From the UHGV virus genome UHGV-0289455: a stretch of DNA of 35,338 bases, one strand, 5' to 3'. Below are positions 1 through 9,516 of the stretch, one piece after another. The first letter of the stretch is position 1, and every line of letters begins with the position of its first letter. Below the pieces are notes generated by a model. It was not told the origin of the DNA. It saw only the letters and a program-made list of their open reading frames with translations, and did no database searches. A program made the position numbers and the translations under genes. Source of the DNA: a virus.

Positions 1-231
1 TCCTTTATATTCAATGCATTAAGTTTGTTTTTGAGTGGTTTTGCCGTTTAAGGTAACGACGTTATAGATCCTATCAAAATCAATCAATTCCATTCTGGTT
101 TTGGAGAAAGATTTTTCGAGAGCTTCGGTCTTTAACTAAAACTGATTGCGTATAATCCCAATACCCCTCCCCGACTATCTGAATGGTCGGGGAGGCACTT
201 CAAGCACAAAATATCATCCCTGCGCCGTTGA

Positions 232-498
232 TTACTCTGCAGGTGAAGTCGGCCACTCAATATCAGGTGCAGTTGATGTATCAACACGATTCAACAATAC
301 CCGATATTTATTCCATGCCTCCAGCAACGATCTTTCTTCCTCCGTTGCGATTTCCAGATCTACAGCATCCTGCAGTGGCGCAATATACTCACTGAATTCC
401 TGGATGTAGAACTGTGTGGTGACGGTCTTCCAGCCATTCGGCTCCTGCTGTATCGAAGCATACCAGGCTATTTCAATATCGCTATGCTGCGGCAGCAT
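232..498 (-). pseudogene. tfa: tail fiber assembly protein (Tfa) C-terminal fragment; 5' half missing
   Basis: Translation ...[47 protein letters not shown] matches the C-terminus of lambda Tfa as I recall it. The ATG at 496-498 is immediately preceded by an in-frame TAA, so no N-terminal half exists. Confidence 0.6.
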
Positions 499-554
499 TT
501 AACCCCTTGTAATTCATCGCCATAATTGATTTAATTCATAAATAAAACTATAAC

Positions 555-1223
555 ATGGTGAAATTAATGAAAAAAAACACAGATGATGGGGCTAAAATTT
601 ACACACCACTTACCCTAAAGCTTTATGACTGGTGGGTTTTGGGAGTATCAAATCGGCTTGCATGGGGATGTCCTACAAAGGAACACCTTCTTCCACACTT
701 TCTGGAACATTTAGGTAACAACCATCTGGATATTGGTGTTGGAACTGGGTTTTACCTTACTCACGTACCTGAGAGTAGTCTGATATCTTTAATGGATTTG
801 AACGAAGCTAGCCTGAACGCGGCATCTACAAGGGCAGGGGAATCAAAAATTAAACATAAAATTAGCCATGATGTTTTTGAACCTTATCCCGCGGCGTTAC
901 ATGGTCAATTTGATTCCATTTCCATGTTTTACCTTCTTCACTGCCTGCCTGGAAATATATCTACAAAAAGCTGTGTAATACGCAATGCGGCGCAGGCCTT
1001 AACTGACGATGGAACTCTATACGGAGCCACAATTCTTGGCGATGGAGTTGTGCACAATAGCTTCGGTCAAAAACTGATGCGCATTTACAATCAGAAAGGC
1101 ATCTTTTCAAACACAAAAGATTCCGAAGAAGGCTTAACACATATACTCTCAGAGCATTTCGAGAATGTTAAAACCAAGGTTCAAGGTACTGTAGTAATGT
1201 TTTCCGCTTCAGGGAAAAAATAG
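555..1223 (+). CDS. class I SAM-dependent methyltransferase (orphan cargo gene)
   Basis: 222-aa ORF with a glycine-rich SAM-binding motif (HLDIGVGTGFYL); no DPPY/NPPY motif seen, so probably not an N6-adenine DNA methyltransferase. GC looks lower than the flanking phage genes. The arrangement (tfa remnant, methyltransferase, tfa remnant) resembles tfaD-ybcY-tfaX of K-12 DLP12 from memory. Confidence 0.55.
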   Translation: MVKLMKKNTDDGAKIYTPLTLKLYDWWVLGVSNRLAWGCPTKEHLLPHFLEHLGNNHLDIGVGTGFYLTHVPESSLISLMDLNEASLNAASTRAGESKIKHKISHDVFEPYPAALHGQFDSISMFYLLHCLPGNISTKSCVIRNAAQALTDDGTLYGATILGDGVVHNSFGQKLMRIYNQKGIFSNTKDSEEGLTHILSEHFENVKTKVQGTVVMFSASGKK

Positions 1224-1224
1224 C

Positions 1225-1262
1225 ATCCAACCGCAGCACGTTCTTGCTTAAGACGTGCTGCG
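1225..1262. terminator. perfect 11-bp inverted repeat hairpin just after the methyltransferase stop
   Basis: ccgcagcacgt / acgtgctgcgg with an 11-nt loop. There is no clean U-tract on the plus side and a delayed T-run on the minus side, so its role (terminator vs recombination/RNA element) is uncertain. Confidence 0.35.
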
Positions 1263-1277
1263 GCATAATCCCAATGA

Positions 1278-1406
1278 TTACTCCCTGACAGGGTTCGTAG
1301 GCCACTCAATATCAGGTGCAGTTGATGTATCAACACGGTTCAGCAACACCCTGCATGCCTTCCATGCCGCCAGCAATGATGTTTCCTCCTTCGTTGCATA
1401 TACTGC
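1278..1406 (-). pseudogene. tfa: second tail fiber assembly (Tfa) 3' remnant, about 42 codons, no start codon
   Basis: Minus-strand frame reads [42 protein letters not shown]-stop, bounded upstream by an in-frame TGA. About 40 nt (roughly 1303-1340) are near-identical at DNA level to 272-309. Confidence 0.45.
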
Positions 1407-1415
1407 TCACCTTTT

Positions 1416-1709
1416 TCACCCACGATTAACCAACAGCCAGACCAGCAGACACGCCACCACCGGCACAGCAAAATCCATCAGGCTTGCCACATCCCATGCA
1501 CGTGGATCAAAACCGCCCCACCACGGCATGTTAATCCGCTTGCCATGCCCGAACATTTCAATCCAGCGATATTCTGCCTGGGTGTGTTCACGCGCAATGA
1601 AGAACGTACAACCGGCTATCGCCCCGTAAGCCCAGTTTCCGGTAAAAAGACCAGCCAGTACCTGCACCGCCACGGCACAAAGCGCATGAAGTATCGACGT
1701 GATATCCAT
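1416..1709 (-). CDS. small hydrophobic membrane protein, function unknown
   Basis: 97-aa ORF with 2-3 predicted hydrophobic helices. Good Shine-Dalgarno (GGGGAG) 4-5 nt upstream of the ATG; sits 9 nt after the preceding ORF. Confidence 0.5.
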   Translation of the reverse strand: MDITSILHALCAVAVQVLAGLFTGNWAYGAIAGCTFFIAREHTQAEYRWIEMFGHGKRINMPWWGGFDPRAWDVASLMDFAVPVVACLLVWLLVNRG

Positions 1710-1718
1710 CTGCTCCCC

Positions 1719-1997
1719 TTAAAACCACTCCCTTAGCGGGCGCTCTGGTGTAACCACCCACTCACGGAACACGGATTCATCAAAGCCATCGTCAAGAAGA
1801 CGAATATTAACAAAGTACCCTTCGTCTCGCGTGTATTCAGGCTCCCCGTCAGCAGAAACACCTGACTCACTGAACGTAAAACCAATCTCATCAACCAGAA
1901 CGGCATTCTGCAGCTCTTCGTCCTCTTCCCAGTTAAGTTTCCTGAGAAATGCCCTGAAATCTGCTTTATCACTGAAACGCAACGTGAAATCTCTCAC
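1719..1997 (-). CDS. hypothetical protein translationally coupled to side tail fiber (possible fibre chaperone/accessory)
   Basis: 92-aa acidic ORF whose start overlaps the stf stop (ATGA-type overlap at 1994-1997). No recognisable Tfa motif. Confidence 0.4.
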   Translation of the reverse strand: MRDFTLRFSDKADFRAFLRKLNWEEDEELQNAVLVDEIGFTFSESGVSADGEPEYTRDEGYFVNIRLLDDGFDESVFREWVVTPERPLREWF

Positions 1998-4057
1998 TCC
2001 ACAACCTCCCCAAGCTGCGCATCTGTTAGCTCTTTATGCCAGAGACGAAAATTCCTCACATGCCCAAATAAATGGCGTAATCCTGCTGTAGTTTGTCCAC
2101 CAATGCGAATGGTTGCTGTACTCCGGATATATTCCCATTTGGTTTTAGTTTCGCTGCTTAACTTACCGTTACTGACTACACATGTGGACCGTTCGGACTT
2201 TACCCGCATACCAATAAGCATTTTTTCCAGCCCGGCATTTTCATTTATTCGTCGGTCTGAACCACCTATATCACAATACGGAAAACCGTCGTACCCACCT
2301 GATGAACCAAACCCCATTACGATCCCCGCATCTGCCTGATGCCGGTATGTGTCAAAAACACGCGGTGCTGCATTTGGCGTTTTATACCAGTTCTTATGTA
2401 CCTCACAAAGAACCGTAAAAGGAAGATTATAAAGGTTATTCTTGATTGGGACTGTCACCATATCGCTTGCCCGCGTTGCCGGTGCCGTCCCCGTAACAAT
2501 AAAAGATGATGCGCCTGTACCAGCCTCAATCTGTGGAGTGGTTACATCGAGATAATCCCCTGATGTAACCATCTGCCCTGTATCCGGAGAATACTGGACA
2601 AAACCACCAACCGTATTTTCTGTTGTATCTGCTTTTAATGTAGCCTCAAAAAATATCCAGCCAGTTGCATCATCCTTAACAGACCTTGCTGTAACACGGC
2701 TTGTCTGACCTGTCTTGCTAATTATGCGGGTGGTAAGGTTCAGGTTTGCTGCTCCTATTGATGTCCTTACCTCCCCATCATAATGTTCAAATAAAATACG
2801 AACGGCGATATTATCAACTTCACTTTTTACCCGACAGGATATAGTTACATGCTTTTCGTCCCCTGAAGTATCAACCCCTCCGGTACTCGAATACAGTCCG
2901 ATAATGGTATGCGCTTTACTTGTACCAACAATCGAATCCTGTACGACAAACCGACCATAATTAAACCCGAAACTATCTGTGCCTGTTTCTGTAACGTCCA
3001 GTGAAGTTGACTTATTCCACTTCGAAGGGTCTGTACTGTTCTGGAAGAAGTTCGTTCTTTGTCCCTCAATAAGCAGGCCATCACACTCAAATCGCGGCTC
3101 ATTAATTTCCGCCGTTTTCAGTTCGCCAGATTTGTTGATATATGTTGCCGTTGATGCGCGACTGAAATTAACCTGTTTATCACTGGCAACCTGAACCACA
3201 TTATCACCAATCTTCACTTTTTTATAACCCGGAGAATAGCCCGTAATCATATCCAGCGAATCATTAAAGGGTATCCACACATCCGGCAGCGGCTGTAAAA
3301 CATATCTGTACGGCTCTGCTGTCTGGTTTGCGTATTCTCTGGCAGCATCTTCACTTGCTTTTGCTGCCGTCTGGCTTGCTGCCGATGCTTTCGCCGAGTT
3401 CGCCGCCGCTGTTTCGCTCACCTTTGCGTTGGCTTCACTGTCTTTGGCATTCGTCTCACTGGTTTTCGCTGCCGTCTGGCTGGATTTTGCGTTTTTTTCG
3501 CTGGCCTTTGTGGCTGTCTCGCTATTTTTCGCGCTGGTTTCTGATTTTTTGGCTGCTGTCGCGGAGTTTGCCGATGCAGTCTGCGAGGCCGCTGCCGCCT
3601 GTGCGCTGTTAGCTGCATTCGTTTCTGAGGTTTTCGCCGCATTCTTCGATGAGGCTGCTGCCGTTTCGGATTTCTTTGCCGCCGCTGCACTCTGTGATGA
3701 CGCTCCGGCATGACGTGCCACTTCATTCACCATCAGCTCAAAACGGCGCAGTGCCTCCGGACGAACATCATCCTCCGTCATGGCGCCGAGAAAATCATTC
3801 AGCGTACCTGGTCTGGAACCTTCATAGACGGTAATGGTCCCGGCATGTGAAGGCGGAAAATCTTCAACCAGCAGGGTGACGCTGTACTGGCCATACTCAA
3901 CATCCATGCTGTAACGCCCGGCTTCATCCGGATTTTCAGAGGCCACCGTGTTCACCACCACCGTGCTGCTGGTCCGTCTGGCCTTCAGCACAATGGTGCA
4001 GTTCTGTACTGGTTTTCCTGTGCCATCTTTAAGCACGCCAGAAATTTTTACTGTCAT
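1994..4057 (-). CDS. stf: side tail fiber protein Stf, chimeric: lambda-like N-terminus, Ala/Ser/Thr-rich repeats, LamG/concanavalin-like C-terminal domain
   Basis: N-terminus MTVKISGVLKDGTGKPVQNCTI...SHAGTITVYEGSRPGTLNDFL matches lambda Stf as recalled. The C-terminal 350 aa diverge and end in an ...FRLWHKELTDAQL motif typical of laminin-G-like jelly-roll domains. Confidence 0.85.
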   Translation of the reverse strand: MTVKISGVLKDGTGKPVQNCTIVLKARRTSSTVVVNTVASENPDEAGRYSMDVEYGQYSVTLLVEDFPPSHAGTITVYEGSRPGTLNDFLGAMTEDDVRPEALRRFELMVNEVARHAGASSQSAAAAKKSETAAASSKNAAKTSETNAANSAQAAAASQTASANSATAAKKSETSAKNSETATKASEKNAKSSQTAAKTSETNAKDSEANAKVSETAAANSAKASAASQTAAKASEDAAREYANQTAEPYRYVLQPLPDVWIPFNDSLDMITGYSPGYKKVKIGDNVVQVASDKQVNFSRASTATYINKSGELKTAEINEPRFECDGLLIEGQRTNFFQNSTDPSKWNKSTSLDVTETGTDSFGFNYGRFVVQDSIVGTSKAHTIIGLYSSTGGVDTSGDEKHVTISCRVKSEVDNIAVRILFEHYDGEVRTSIGAANLNLTTRIISKTGQTSRVTARSVKDDATGWIFFEATLKADTTENTVGGFVQYSPDTGQMVTSGDYLDVTTPQIEAGTGASSFIVTGTAPATRASDMVTVPIKNNLYNLPFTVLCEVHKNWYKTPNAAPRVFDTYRHQADAGIVMGFGSSGGYDGFPYCDIGGSDRRINENAGLEKMLIGMRVKSERSTCVVSNGKLSSETKTKWEYIRSTATIRIGGQTTAGLRHLFGHVRNFRLWHKELTDAQLGEVVE
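3330..3720 (-). repeat. low-complexity coding repeats inside stf (KxSETxA-type)
   Basis: Translation shows reiterated AAKTSETNA / AKNSETATKASEKNAK units. The long ORFs in other frames here (3418-3726 minus, 3429-3713 plus) are frame shadows. Confidence 0.6.
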
Positions 4058-4071
4058 ACTTTTCCACCAAT

Positions 4072-4102
4072 AAAAAAAGCCCGCAGCAGTGACGCCACGG
4101 GC
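4072..4102 (-). terminator. rho-independent terminator between lom and stf
   Basis: On the minus strand a GCCCG/CGGGC stem is followed by TTTTTTT, then the stf Shine-Dalgarno (GGTGGA) and ATG. Confidence 0.5.
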
Positions 4103-4208
4103 TTCAGGACAGTGTAACTTTACGTTTCCTCAAACGCAGTTCACCCCATAAGGCGGATGAACCTGCGTATCATAACAATATTTACAGAAGATAAATCGGC
4201 GTCTGTTG

Positions 4209-4737
4209 TCAGAAACGGTATCCGATACCAACAATAAATGCATCCGTTCGCCAGTCGCCACTACCGGAACCTTCATAAGCAATATCAATGGTCACGGATT
4301 CGGTCGGGTTAAACTGCACGCCAGCTCCCCACGCCAGAGACGTGTTGCTGTGGCGATCGTCATCACTTCCGGTCAGCACATCGTGCGTTTTCCCCTTGTT
4401 GTCAGTTACGCGGAGATAATCCCCGGAGAACGTCGACACACGGCTGTAAGCCACACCTGCCATCGCATAAGCACTGAACCATTCATTCACGCGCACAGAC
4501 GGCCCCGCCATTACGCTGAACCAGCGGTTACGCACGGAATCTTCATGCCAGCGTGTCCGTAAACTCATAACGGTATTTCACGTTAATCCCGTTCAGATCA
4601 TCGCTGCCAGGCATATCAGTATGGGTCTGAAGATACCCGGCGCTTAGTGTGGACTGATGCTCTGCTGCGCTCGCTGGCGTACCAGCGGCAACCAGCCAGA
4701 CTACTGCGGACAGAATAACAGCACATAATTTACGCAT
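4209..4737 (-). pseudogene. lom: lom outer-membrane protein, disrupted (internal deletion/frameshift)
   Basis: Two overlapping ORFs in different frames: 4543-4737 (signal peptide plus ...GINVKYRYEFTDTLA-stop) and 4209-4568 (...VMAGP...AYAMAGVA...IDIAYEGSGSGDWRTD...GIGYRF). Together they cover lambda Lom with a stretch of roughly 15 aa missing at the junction near 4545-4580. Confidence 0.6.
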
Positions 4738-4761
4738 AATTACCTCTCGCTTTTCTGCAAT

Positions 4762-4785
4762 AAAAAAGGCGCCATTTCTGGCGCC
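4762..4785 (-). terminator. rho-independent terminator downstream of J
   Basis: GGCGCCA/TGGCGCC stem followed on the minus strand by TTTTTT, 20 nt after the J stop and before the lom Shine-Dalgarno. Confidence 0.5.
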
Positions 4786-4804
4786 CGTATTGGGGTTATA
4801 AAAT

Positions 4805-7800
4805 TCAGCTAATCGTGATGCCTGCAGTGGCTTTCTTCATCACAACAACCAGCAAATCGCTGATACTTGCTGTGGGATACCAGCCATTTACCCACCATGC
4901 TGATACAGAAAACTCCAGCGTCATGTGGCCGCGACCAGCAGGCATATCAATAACACCACTGTAAACCAGCGTATTATCCATCGCGGTACGGTTATAAATT
5001 TCAGCACCGTTTTTCTTCACTATCAGGCGGCATGACGAATAAGTATCGCTGTTCTCCCGCTCATGTCTGGCACCGCTGAAAGCCACCGCCGGAATAACAA
5101 TCTGCCGGTTAAACGGCTGATCGTCATAAACCCTGACGGTAATGGTTCCTGATGGCCAACGCTTCGGTGCACGGGAGTCACGAGGGAAAGCCTTACCCAC
5201 TGTTTTAACGAGATCGCCTTCAATCTGGTTTGCAGACAGTTTCCCTCTGATGACACAGTTCTCGTTAATGGTGACATTATTGAGCGTGCCGGTATTCGCC
5301 GTGATGGCTCCACTGATATCCGCATTGCGGGCTGTCAGCCTGCCATCCGGCGTCAGGGAAAACGTCGGAGGATTGCCGGATGACGTGATGCTCACCGCAA
5401 ACAGTCGCTTCAGGAACACGTCGTTCATGAACAGCTGATTCCCCTGCGCCACAAACAGCGGCGTGGTGTTGCCGTTCTCCGGGGTAATCATCGCAATGCG
5501 ATCGGCCTGCAGCAGAATGTTACTCAGGGTCTGACCATCAACATCCTCAATCCCCACGCCAATCCCGGCCACATAGGGAATACCGTTTTTTGTTTTCTGC
5601 ACCTTCAGCATATACATGGCATTCAGCTCATTGCGCGTGTCTGACTGAACCCGCTGGATTTGCTGTATGGTCACGGCCTGGTCACCCAGTTTTTTATCCG
5701 TGGTCGAGGTAATTTCACTCCCTTTTTTATCCACGTACTGGCGGACCTGTGCTATCTGTCGGGCGTTTTCTGACTGCCCCTGGCTGACAGTCTGTGAGAT
5801 TTCACTGCTAACCCGGTCCACTTTCTGGCTCATCTGCGCGATGGCCAGTGTCTGGTCCTCATTCTTTTTCGCAACCAGCTGCGTGAGGCTGTTTTCCGCC
5901 TCCCCGATTTTCCGGGTCACTTCTGCGATATCCGTGTCCATCCGCTGACGGATGTCTTCTTCCAGTTGCGTGACCTCCGTACGCAGCGCTGAAGCATCAA
6001 TGCGCTCTTTCAGTGCCTGACCCAGAAGCGTCTCATCTATCAGCCCCCGGAAAATTTCCAGATACCCTTCACCATCATTGCTGGGCTGCCCGCTGGCTTC
6101 CACAAAAGCAGATTTTCCCACCAGGTTGACGCTTCGCACGTAAAACCAGAAATCCGTCCCCGGCTTAATCCGGCTCCCCTGGACAGTCCACTGACTGCCG
6201 GACCCCAGATAACGGGCAGATTTTTCCACCTGTGCCGTGTTCGTGATGCGTTTTTCTGAGAACCAGAATTCAAACTGTATCGTCGGATCATACACCGCAA
6301 GACGCGGGACCGCCGTTATCTGAAAATACCCCGGCGTCAGCTCAATGGTGGCGGGTTTTGCAGGTGCGTTAATCCGGAAGGTGGTGGTGGCAGGTTCACC
6401 CTGCTGGCCATAACTGTTTATCGCCCGCACCGTCAGGGTGTATTCCCCCAGTGGCAGGCCACTGAAACGGTGCTCCGTGTCTGCGGTGATGGCGGTGGTC
6501 ACCAGTCTGGCATCCGTTCCCTTACCACTGGTCAGGCGCAGACTGAAGCGCACGCCCTTCACCACCCGCGGCGTGTCCCATTTAGCCTGCGCCAGATACT
6601 GGCCGTCAGCTGCGCTCACCTCCACCGTCAGGTGCTGTACTGCCGGTGGGATGACGCTGTTCAGGGAGCCTGACTGCGGCTCAAAGCGGGCACCGTTATC
6701 CACGATGGCTTCTTTTTCCGGTACGTGCTGCACCGCCGTGATGGCAAAGGTGCCGTCCGTGTTTTCCCGGATGGAGACACAGCGGAACAGGCGACGGCGC
6801 AGTGACGGCAGGGAGAGTCCCCACACACCGTATGTCTCCACACCATCCGGCAGGGTGCTGACCTGTATCCGGTCAGGCGCGGGGTGTGCGGTGATGGCCA
6901 CGCTCGCCGGCTTACCGCTGCCGTTAATCAGATTAACAGTGGCCGTGCCGGTCTCCGGCAGTGTCACCTCCCGGTCCAGCGTCAGGATACGGCTGGCGGC
7001 ATCGATGGACAGGACACGTCCGCCGGTCATGGTCCCGGCATAGTCGTTATCACAGATTTCAATGATGTCACCGGGTGTGTGCCGCAGCCCCTGAGACCCG
7101 AGCGTGAAATCCACCGTCTGCGTTTCCAGCAGTTCGGTCTTTATCACCCACAGCCCGGCACGGTGGGCCTGACCGCGGCTGGTACAGCCGAACGCGTCCA
7201 TCTTCAGCAGGTTGCGTCCGTAGCGCAGTATGGCTTCCGGGTCTTCCACCAGTTCCGTGGAGGTCTGCCAGCCGTTCTGCGGGTCGGTGTAATTCACCTC
7301 CACCGCCGTGTGCCGGTCCTTCAGGGCACTGAAGCTGTAGCGGAACCCCACGCCGTTATCATCCACCACCACATCGCTGTTGGTGTACGGCCACACCACA
7401 TCCGACGGGCGGTCCTGAACGAACGTCAGCGTCTGACCGTTCCATACCGGCATACAGCGCATCGCAGAGCAGAAATCACTGAGAACGTCCCACGCCTTAC
7501 GCTGTTGTGCCAGGTACGCATTAAAGGTCATCCGCGGCTCGGTCCCCCCGAAACCATCCGGGACCGTCTGGTCGCAGTACTGCCCGATGGCATACAGCGC
7601 CCACTTGTCCACATCCGCCGCCCCCAGACGTTTTCCCATGCCGTAGCGCGGGTGAGTCAGCATGTCCCACAGGCACCAGGCCGGGTTGTTGCTGTATGCC
7701 GGTTTCAGACTGCCGTCCCAGATACCACTGTACGTGCGTTTTTCCGGGTCATAGTTTGACGGCACCTGGATGATGCGACCGCGGATATGGTAGTTCACCG

Positions 7801-8497
7801 TCATCTGCTGGCCGCCGAACTGCTCCGCATCCACCTGCAGCCCCACAATGGCCGTGTTCGGGTAGCACTGTTTCACATCGATGATTTCGGTGTATGACGA
7901 CCACAGCGTCTTATTCTGCAGCTGGTCCGTGGTGCTGTCCGCCGTCTCCCTGACCATCCGGATGTTAAAGGGCCGGGGAGGCAGATTATCCAGAATCACC
8001 GAGGCCAGGAACTGTGAGGTGGTCTTGCCGTTAATGGTGACGTCCTTTTCCGTCACCCAGCGGCCATTACGCTGTAACTGAATCAGAATCCGGACAGAGG
8101 AAGGATTACGGTCGCCCCTTGACGTGGTCTGCACCAGTGACTGCACCCCGAAGGTAACCCGCAGGCGGTCAATGTTCGCGGACGTAATGGTGCGCGTCAC
8201 CGGTTTTGCCTTCGTCACTTCCACGCCCAGTCCGGTTTCAGCTCCGGAGGACTCAAAGCCTTCCGGTGGTGTCTGCTCCTGCTCCCCGGCACGCCAGACC
8301 GCGGTCACACCGTGTATCACGGGATTACCGTCCGTGTCCGTCAGCGGGGTTTTGTTCACCAGGATACTCTGCAGTCCCTTCACCGGACCTTCTATCGGTC
8401 CCTCACCAATCGCATCAATCACACTCATCATCTGCGTGGATTTGAGATTATCCTTCGCCTCACGAGGCGTGTGTGCCTTACCGCCACCTTTTCCCAT
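4805..8497 (-). CDS. J: central tail fiber / host specificity protein J
   Basis: 1230 aa. The C-terminus ...[25 protein letters not shown]...[77 protein letters not shown] is near-identical to the lambda J receptor-binding end as I recall it. Confidence 0.95.
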   Translation of the reverse strand: MGKGGGKAHTPREAKDNLKSTQMMSVIDAIGEGPIEGPVKGLQSILVNKTPLTDTDGNPVIHGVTAVWRAGEQEQTPPEGFESSGAETGLGVEVTKAKPVTRTITSANIDRLRVTFGVQSLVQTTSRGDRNPSSVRILIQLQRNGRWVTEKDVTINGKTTSQFLASVILDNLPPRPFNIRMVRETADSTTDQLQNKTLWSSYTEIIDVKQCYPNTAIVGLQVDAEQFGGQQMTVNYHIRGRIIQVPSNYDPEKRTYSGIWDGSLKPAYSNNPAWCLWDMLTHPRYGMGKRLGAADVDKWALYAIGQYCDQTVPDGFGGTEPRMTFNAYLAQQRKAWDVLSDFCSAMRCMPVWNGQTLTFVQDRPSDVVWPYTNSDVVVDDNGVGFRYSFSALKDRHTAVEVNYTDPQNGWQTSTELVEDPEAILRYGRNLLKMDAFGCTSRGQAHRAGLWVIKTELLETQTVDFTLGSQGLRHTPGDIIEICDNDYAGTMTGGRVLSIDAASRILTLDREVTLPETGTATVNLINGSGKPASVAITAHPAPDRIQVSTLPDGVETYGVWGLSLPSLRRRLFRCVSIRENTDGTFAITAVQHVPEKEAIVDNGARFEPQSGSLNSVIPPAVQHLTVEVSAADGQYLAQAKWDTPRVVKGVRFSLRLTSGKGTDARLVTTAITADTEHRFSGLPLGEYTLTVRAINSYGQQGEPATTTFRINAPAKPATIELTPGYFQITAVPRLAVYDPTIQFEFWFSEKRITNTAQVEKSARYLGSGSQWTVQGSRIKPGTDFWFYVRSVNLVGKSAFVEASGQPSNDGEGYLEIFRGLIDETLLGQALKERIDASALRTEVTQLEEDIRQRMDTDIAEVTRKIGEAENSLTQLVAKKNEDQTLAIAQMSQKVDRVSSEISQTVSQGQSENARQIAQVRQYVDKKGSEITSTTDKKLGDQAVTIQQIQRVQSDTRNELNAMYMLKVQKTKNGIPYVAGIGVGIEDVDGQTLSNILLQADRIAMITPENGNTTPLFVAQGNQLFMNDVFLKRLFAVSITSSGNPPTFSLTPDGRLTARNADISGAITANTGTLNNVTINENCVIRGKLSANQIEGDLVKTVGKAFPRDSRAPKRWPSGTITVRVYDDQPFNRQIVIPAVAFSGARHERENSDTYSSCRLIVKKNGAEIYNRTAMDNTLVYSGVIDMPAGRGHMTLEFSVSAWWVNGWYPTASISDLLVVVMKKATAGITIS

Positions 8498-8587
8498 ACA
8501 GCCTTCCCCTGAATAAATTAACCGCCACTTGCCATTCCGTACAGAAGTCGGATATCCTTCGCCCGAAAAGCATGAAACACATTTCTG

Positions 8588-8636
8588 CCATGCTAAAGAG
8601 AAACCCCGGTATCAGCAGATACCGGGGTTTTCTTTC
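8588..8636. terminator. strong hairpin with T-rich flanks on both strands (bidirectional terminator) in the I-J intergenic island
   Basis: Perfect 10-bp stem ccccggtatc/gataccgggg with a 4-nt loop; TTTTCTTTC follows on plus, TTTCTCTTT on minus. Confidence 0.5.
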
Positions 8637-8702
8637 ATGCCCACCGATAATCCTGTTGGTTAAAACCGGTAATGGCATAAAAATTCTGAATATCTTCACA
8701 TT

Positions 8703-8730
8703 TTCACAAAATCCCTGTGGCACTTATAAT
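8703..8730 (+). promoter_or_regulatory. sigma70-like promoter (TTCACA, 16-bp spacer, TATAAT) reading away from J
   Basis: -35 at 8703-8708 (5/6 to TTGACA) and a perfect -10 TATAAT at 8725-8730. Confidence 0.4.
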
Positions 8731-8736
8731 TTCTCT

Positions 8737-8828
8737 GCGTTAATTTTTTTTGTCGTGACATAAGAATAATTATCTATAGTTGATCTTCGTAACGCTCCCG
8801 CAGCTCCGCAACTCTGCGGGATTTTTTT
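8737..8828 (+). ncRNA. candidate small RNA (about 90 nt) between tail genes J and I
   Basis: Predicted start just downstream of the promoter above; ends at the 8797-8828 terminator. No ATG-initiated ORF inside. Confidence 0.3.
8797..8828 (+). terminator. rho-independent terminator on the plus strand, convergent with the end of gene I
   Basis: Stem cccgcag/ctgcggg with a 10-nt loop followed by TTTTTTT; the T-tract abuts the gene I stop codon at 8836-8838. Confidence 0.5.
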
Positions 8829-8835
8829 ATTCTTT

Positions 8836-9516
8836 TTACCCCTGCCGCCCGATAACCACGACCTTTCCGCCCCCGCCTTCATCACGGGTGCTGATGTCCT
8901 GGGATATACGGCGGGAGCCAACCAGCATTTCCCCGTAAGGCACCGGCATCGGGTTCCCCTGGGCAATCATGTTATCCAGCGAGGAAAAGTACGTGTTCTG
9001 TCTGCCGTTATCCGTTACGCGGTAATCCGGTGTTTTTGCCTTCGGGGCCAGCATCTGTGCCACACCGCCCAGTATCATGCTGGCCCCCAGTGAAAACAGC
9101 ATCGTGGTGGCAGAAAAACCACCGGCTGCCAGGGCTGAACCCCATAACGCCATCGAGGCACCGGCCGTGAAGAAAGAGCCCACGATGGCTGCCGCCCCCA
9201 GCACAATCTGCAGTCCGCCCTTTCCGGCTCCGGCCAGTCGCGGCACAATGTGGATGACCGTTCCCTCACCCAGCTGTTCGTGAAGACGGGCGTACACCGC
9301 CTCCGGTGCCGTGTCATCACCGGCAATACGTATCTGGTACCAGCCTTCGTTCATCTGACGGCGAAAGCCCGGCACCTGTAACGACAGGGCACGGATGGCT
9401 TCCGCTGCCGTGTTCACATACAGGCTGAGGCGGCGGCCAAATCGTTGCAAATCCCCGTGAAGGCAGATGCGTGCCAGTGGCGGTGACGCCAGACAGAATG
9501 CGTTCGTCGTTGCCAT
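8836..9516 (-). CDS. I: tail tip assembly protein I
   Basis: 226 aa; ...ARICLHGDLQRFGRR...VIHIVPRLAGAGKGG...NTYFSSLDNMIAQGN resembles lambda gpI. Confidence 0.9.
   Translation of the reverse strand: MATTNAFCLASPPLARICLHGDLQRFGRRLSLYVNTAAEAIRALSLQVPGFRRQMNEGWYQIRIAGDDTAPEAVYARLHEQLGEGTVIHIVPRLAGAGKGGLQIVLGAAAIVGSFFTAGASMALWGSALAAGGFSATTMLFSLGASMILGGVAQMLAPKAKTPDYRVTDNGRQNTYFSSLDNMIAQGNPMPVPYGEMLVGSRRISQDISTRDEGGGGKVVVIGRQG

Noticed and set aside
146-1406. Invertible tail-fibre segment (Gin/Pin/Cin-type shufflon)
   Set aside because: The two tfa remnants are direct, not inverted, repeats, and no invertase gene is present in the window.
1255-1629. 124-aa plus-strand ORF
   Set aside because: Antisense shadow of the tfa remnant and the membrane-protein gene; shares the repeated DNA with 146-409.
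3418-3726. Arg-rich ORF (minus) and Ala/Phe-rich ORF (plus, 3429-3713)
   Set aside because: Alternative-frame translations of the Ala/Ser/Thr-rich repeat region of stf.
6438-7759. Long plus-strand ORFs (6438-7043, 6884-7759) and similar ones at 11583-12577, 12837-13298 and 13962-15296
   Set aside because: They lie antisense or out of frame within J, H and G/V coding sequence, are Arg/Pro/Ala-rich as expected of GC-rich frame shadows, and have no ribosome-binding sites.
8473-8763. ORFs of 96 aa (plus) and 81 aa (minus, 8478-8723) in the I-J island
   Set aside because: Both run through the strong terminator hairpins and overlap the J start; no ribosome-binding sites.
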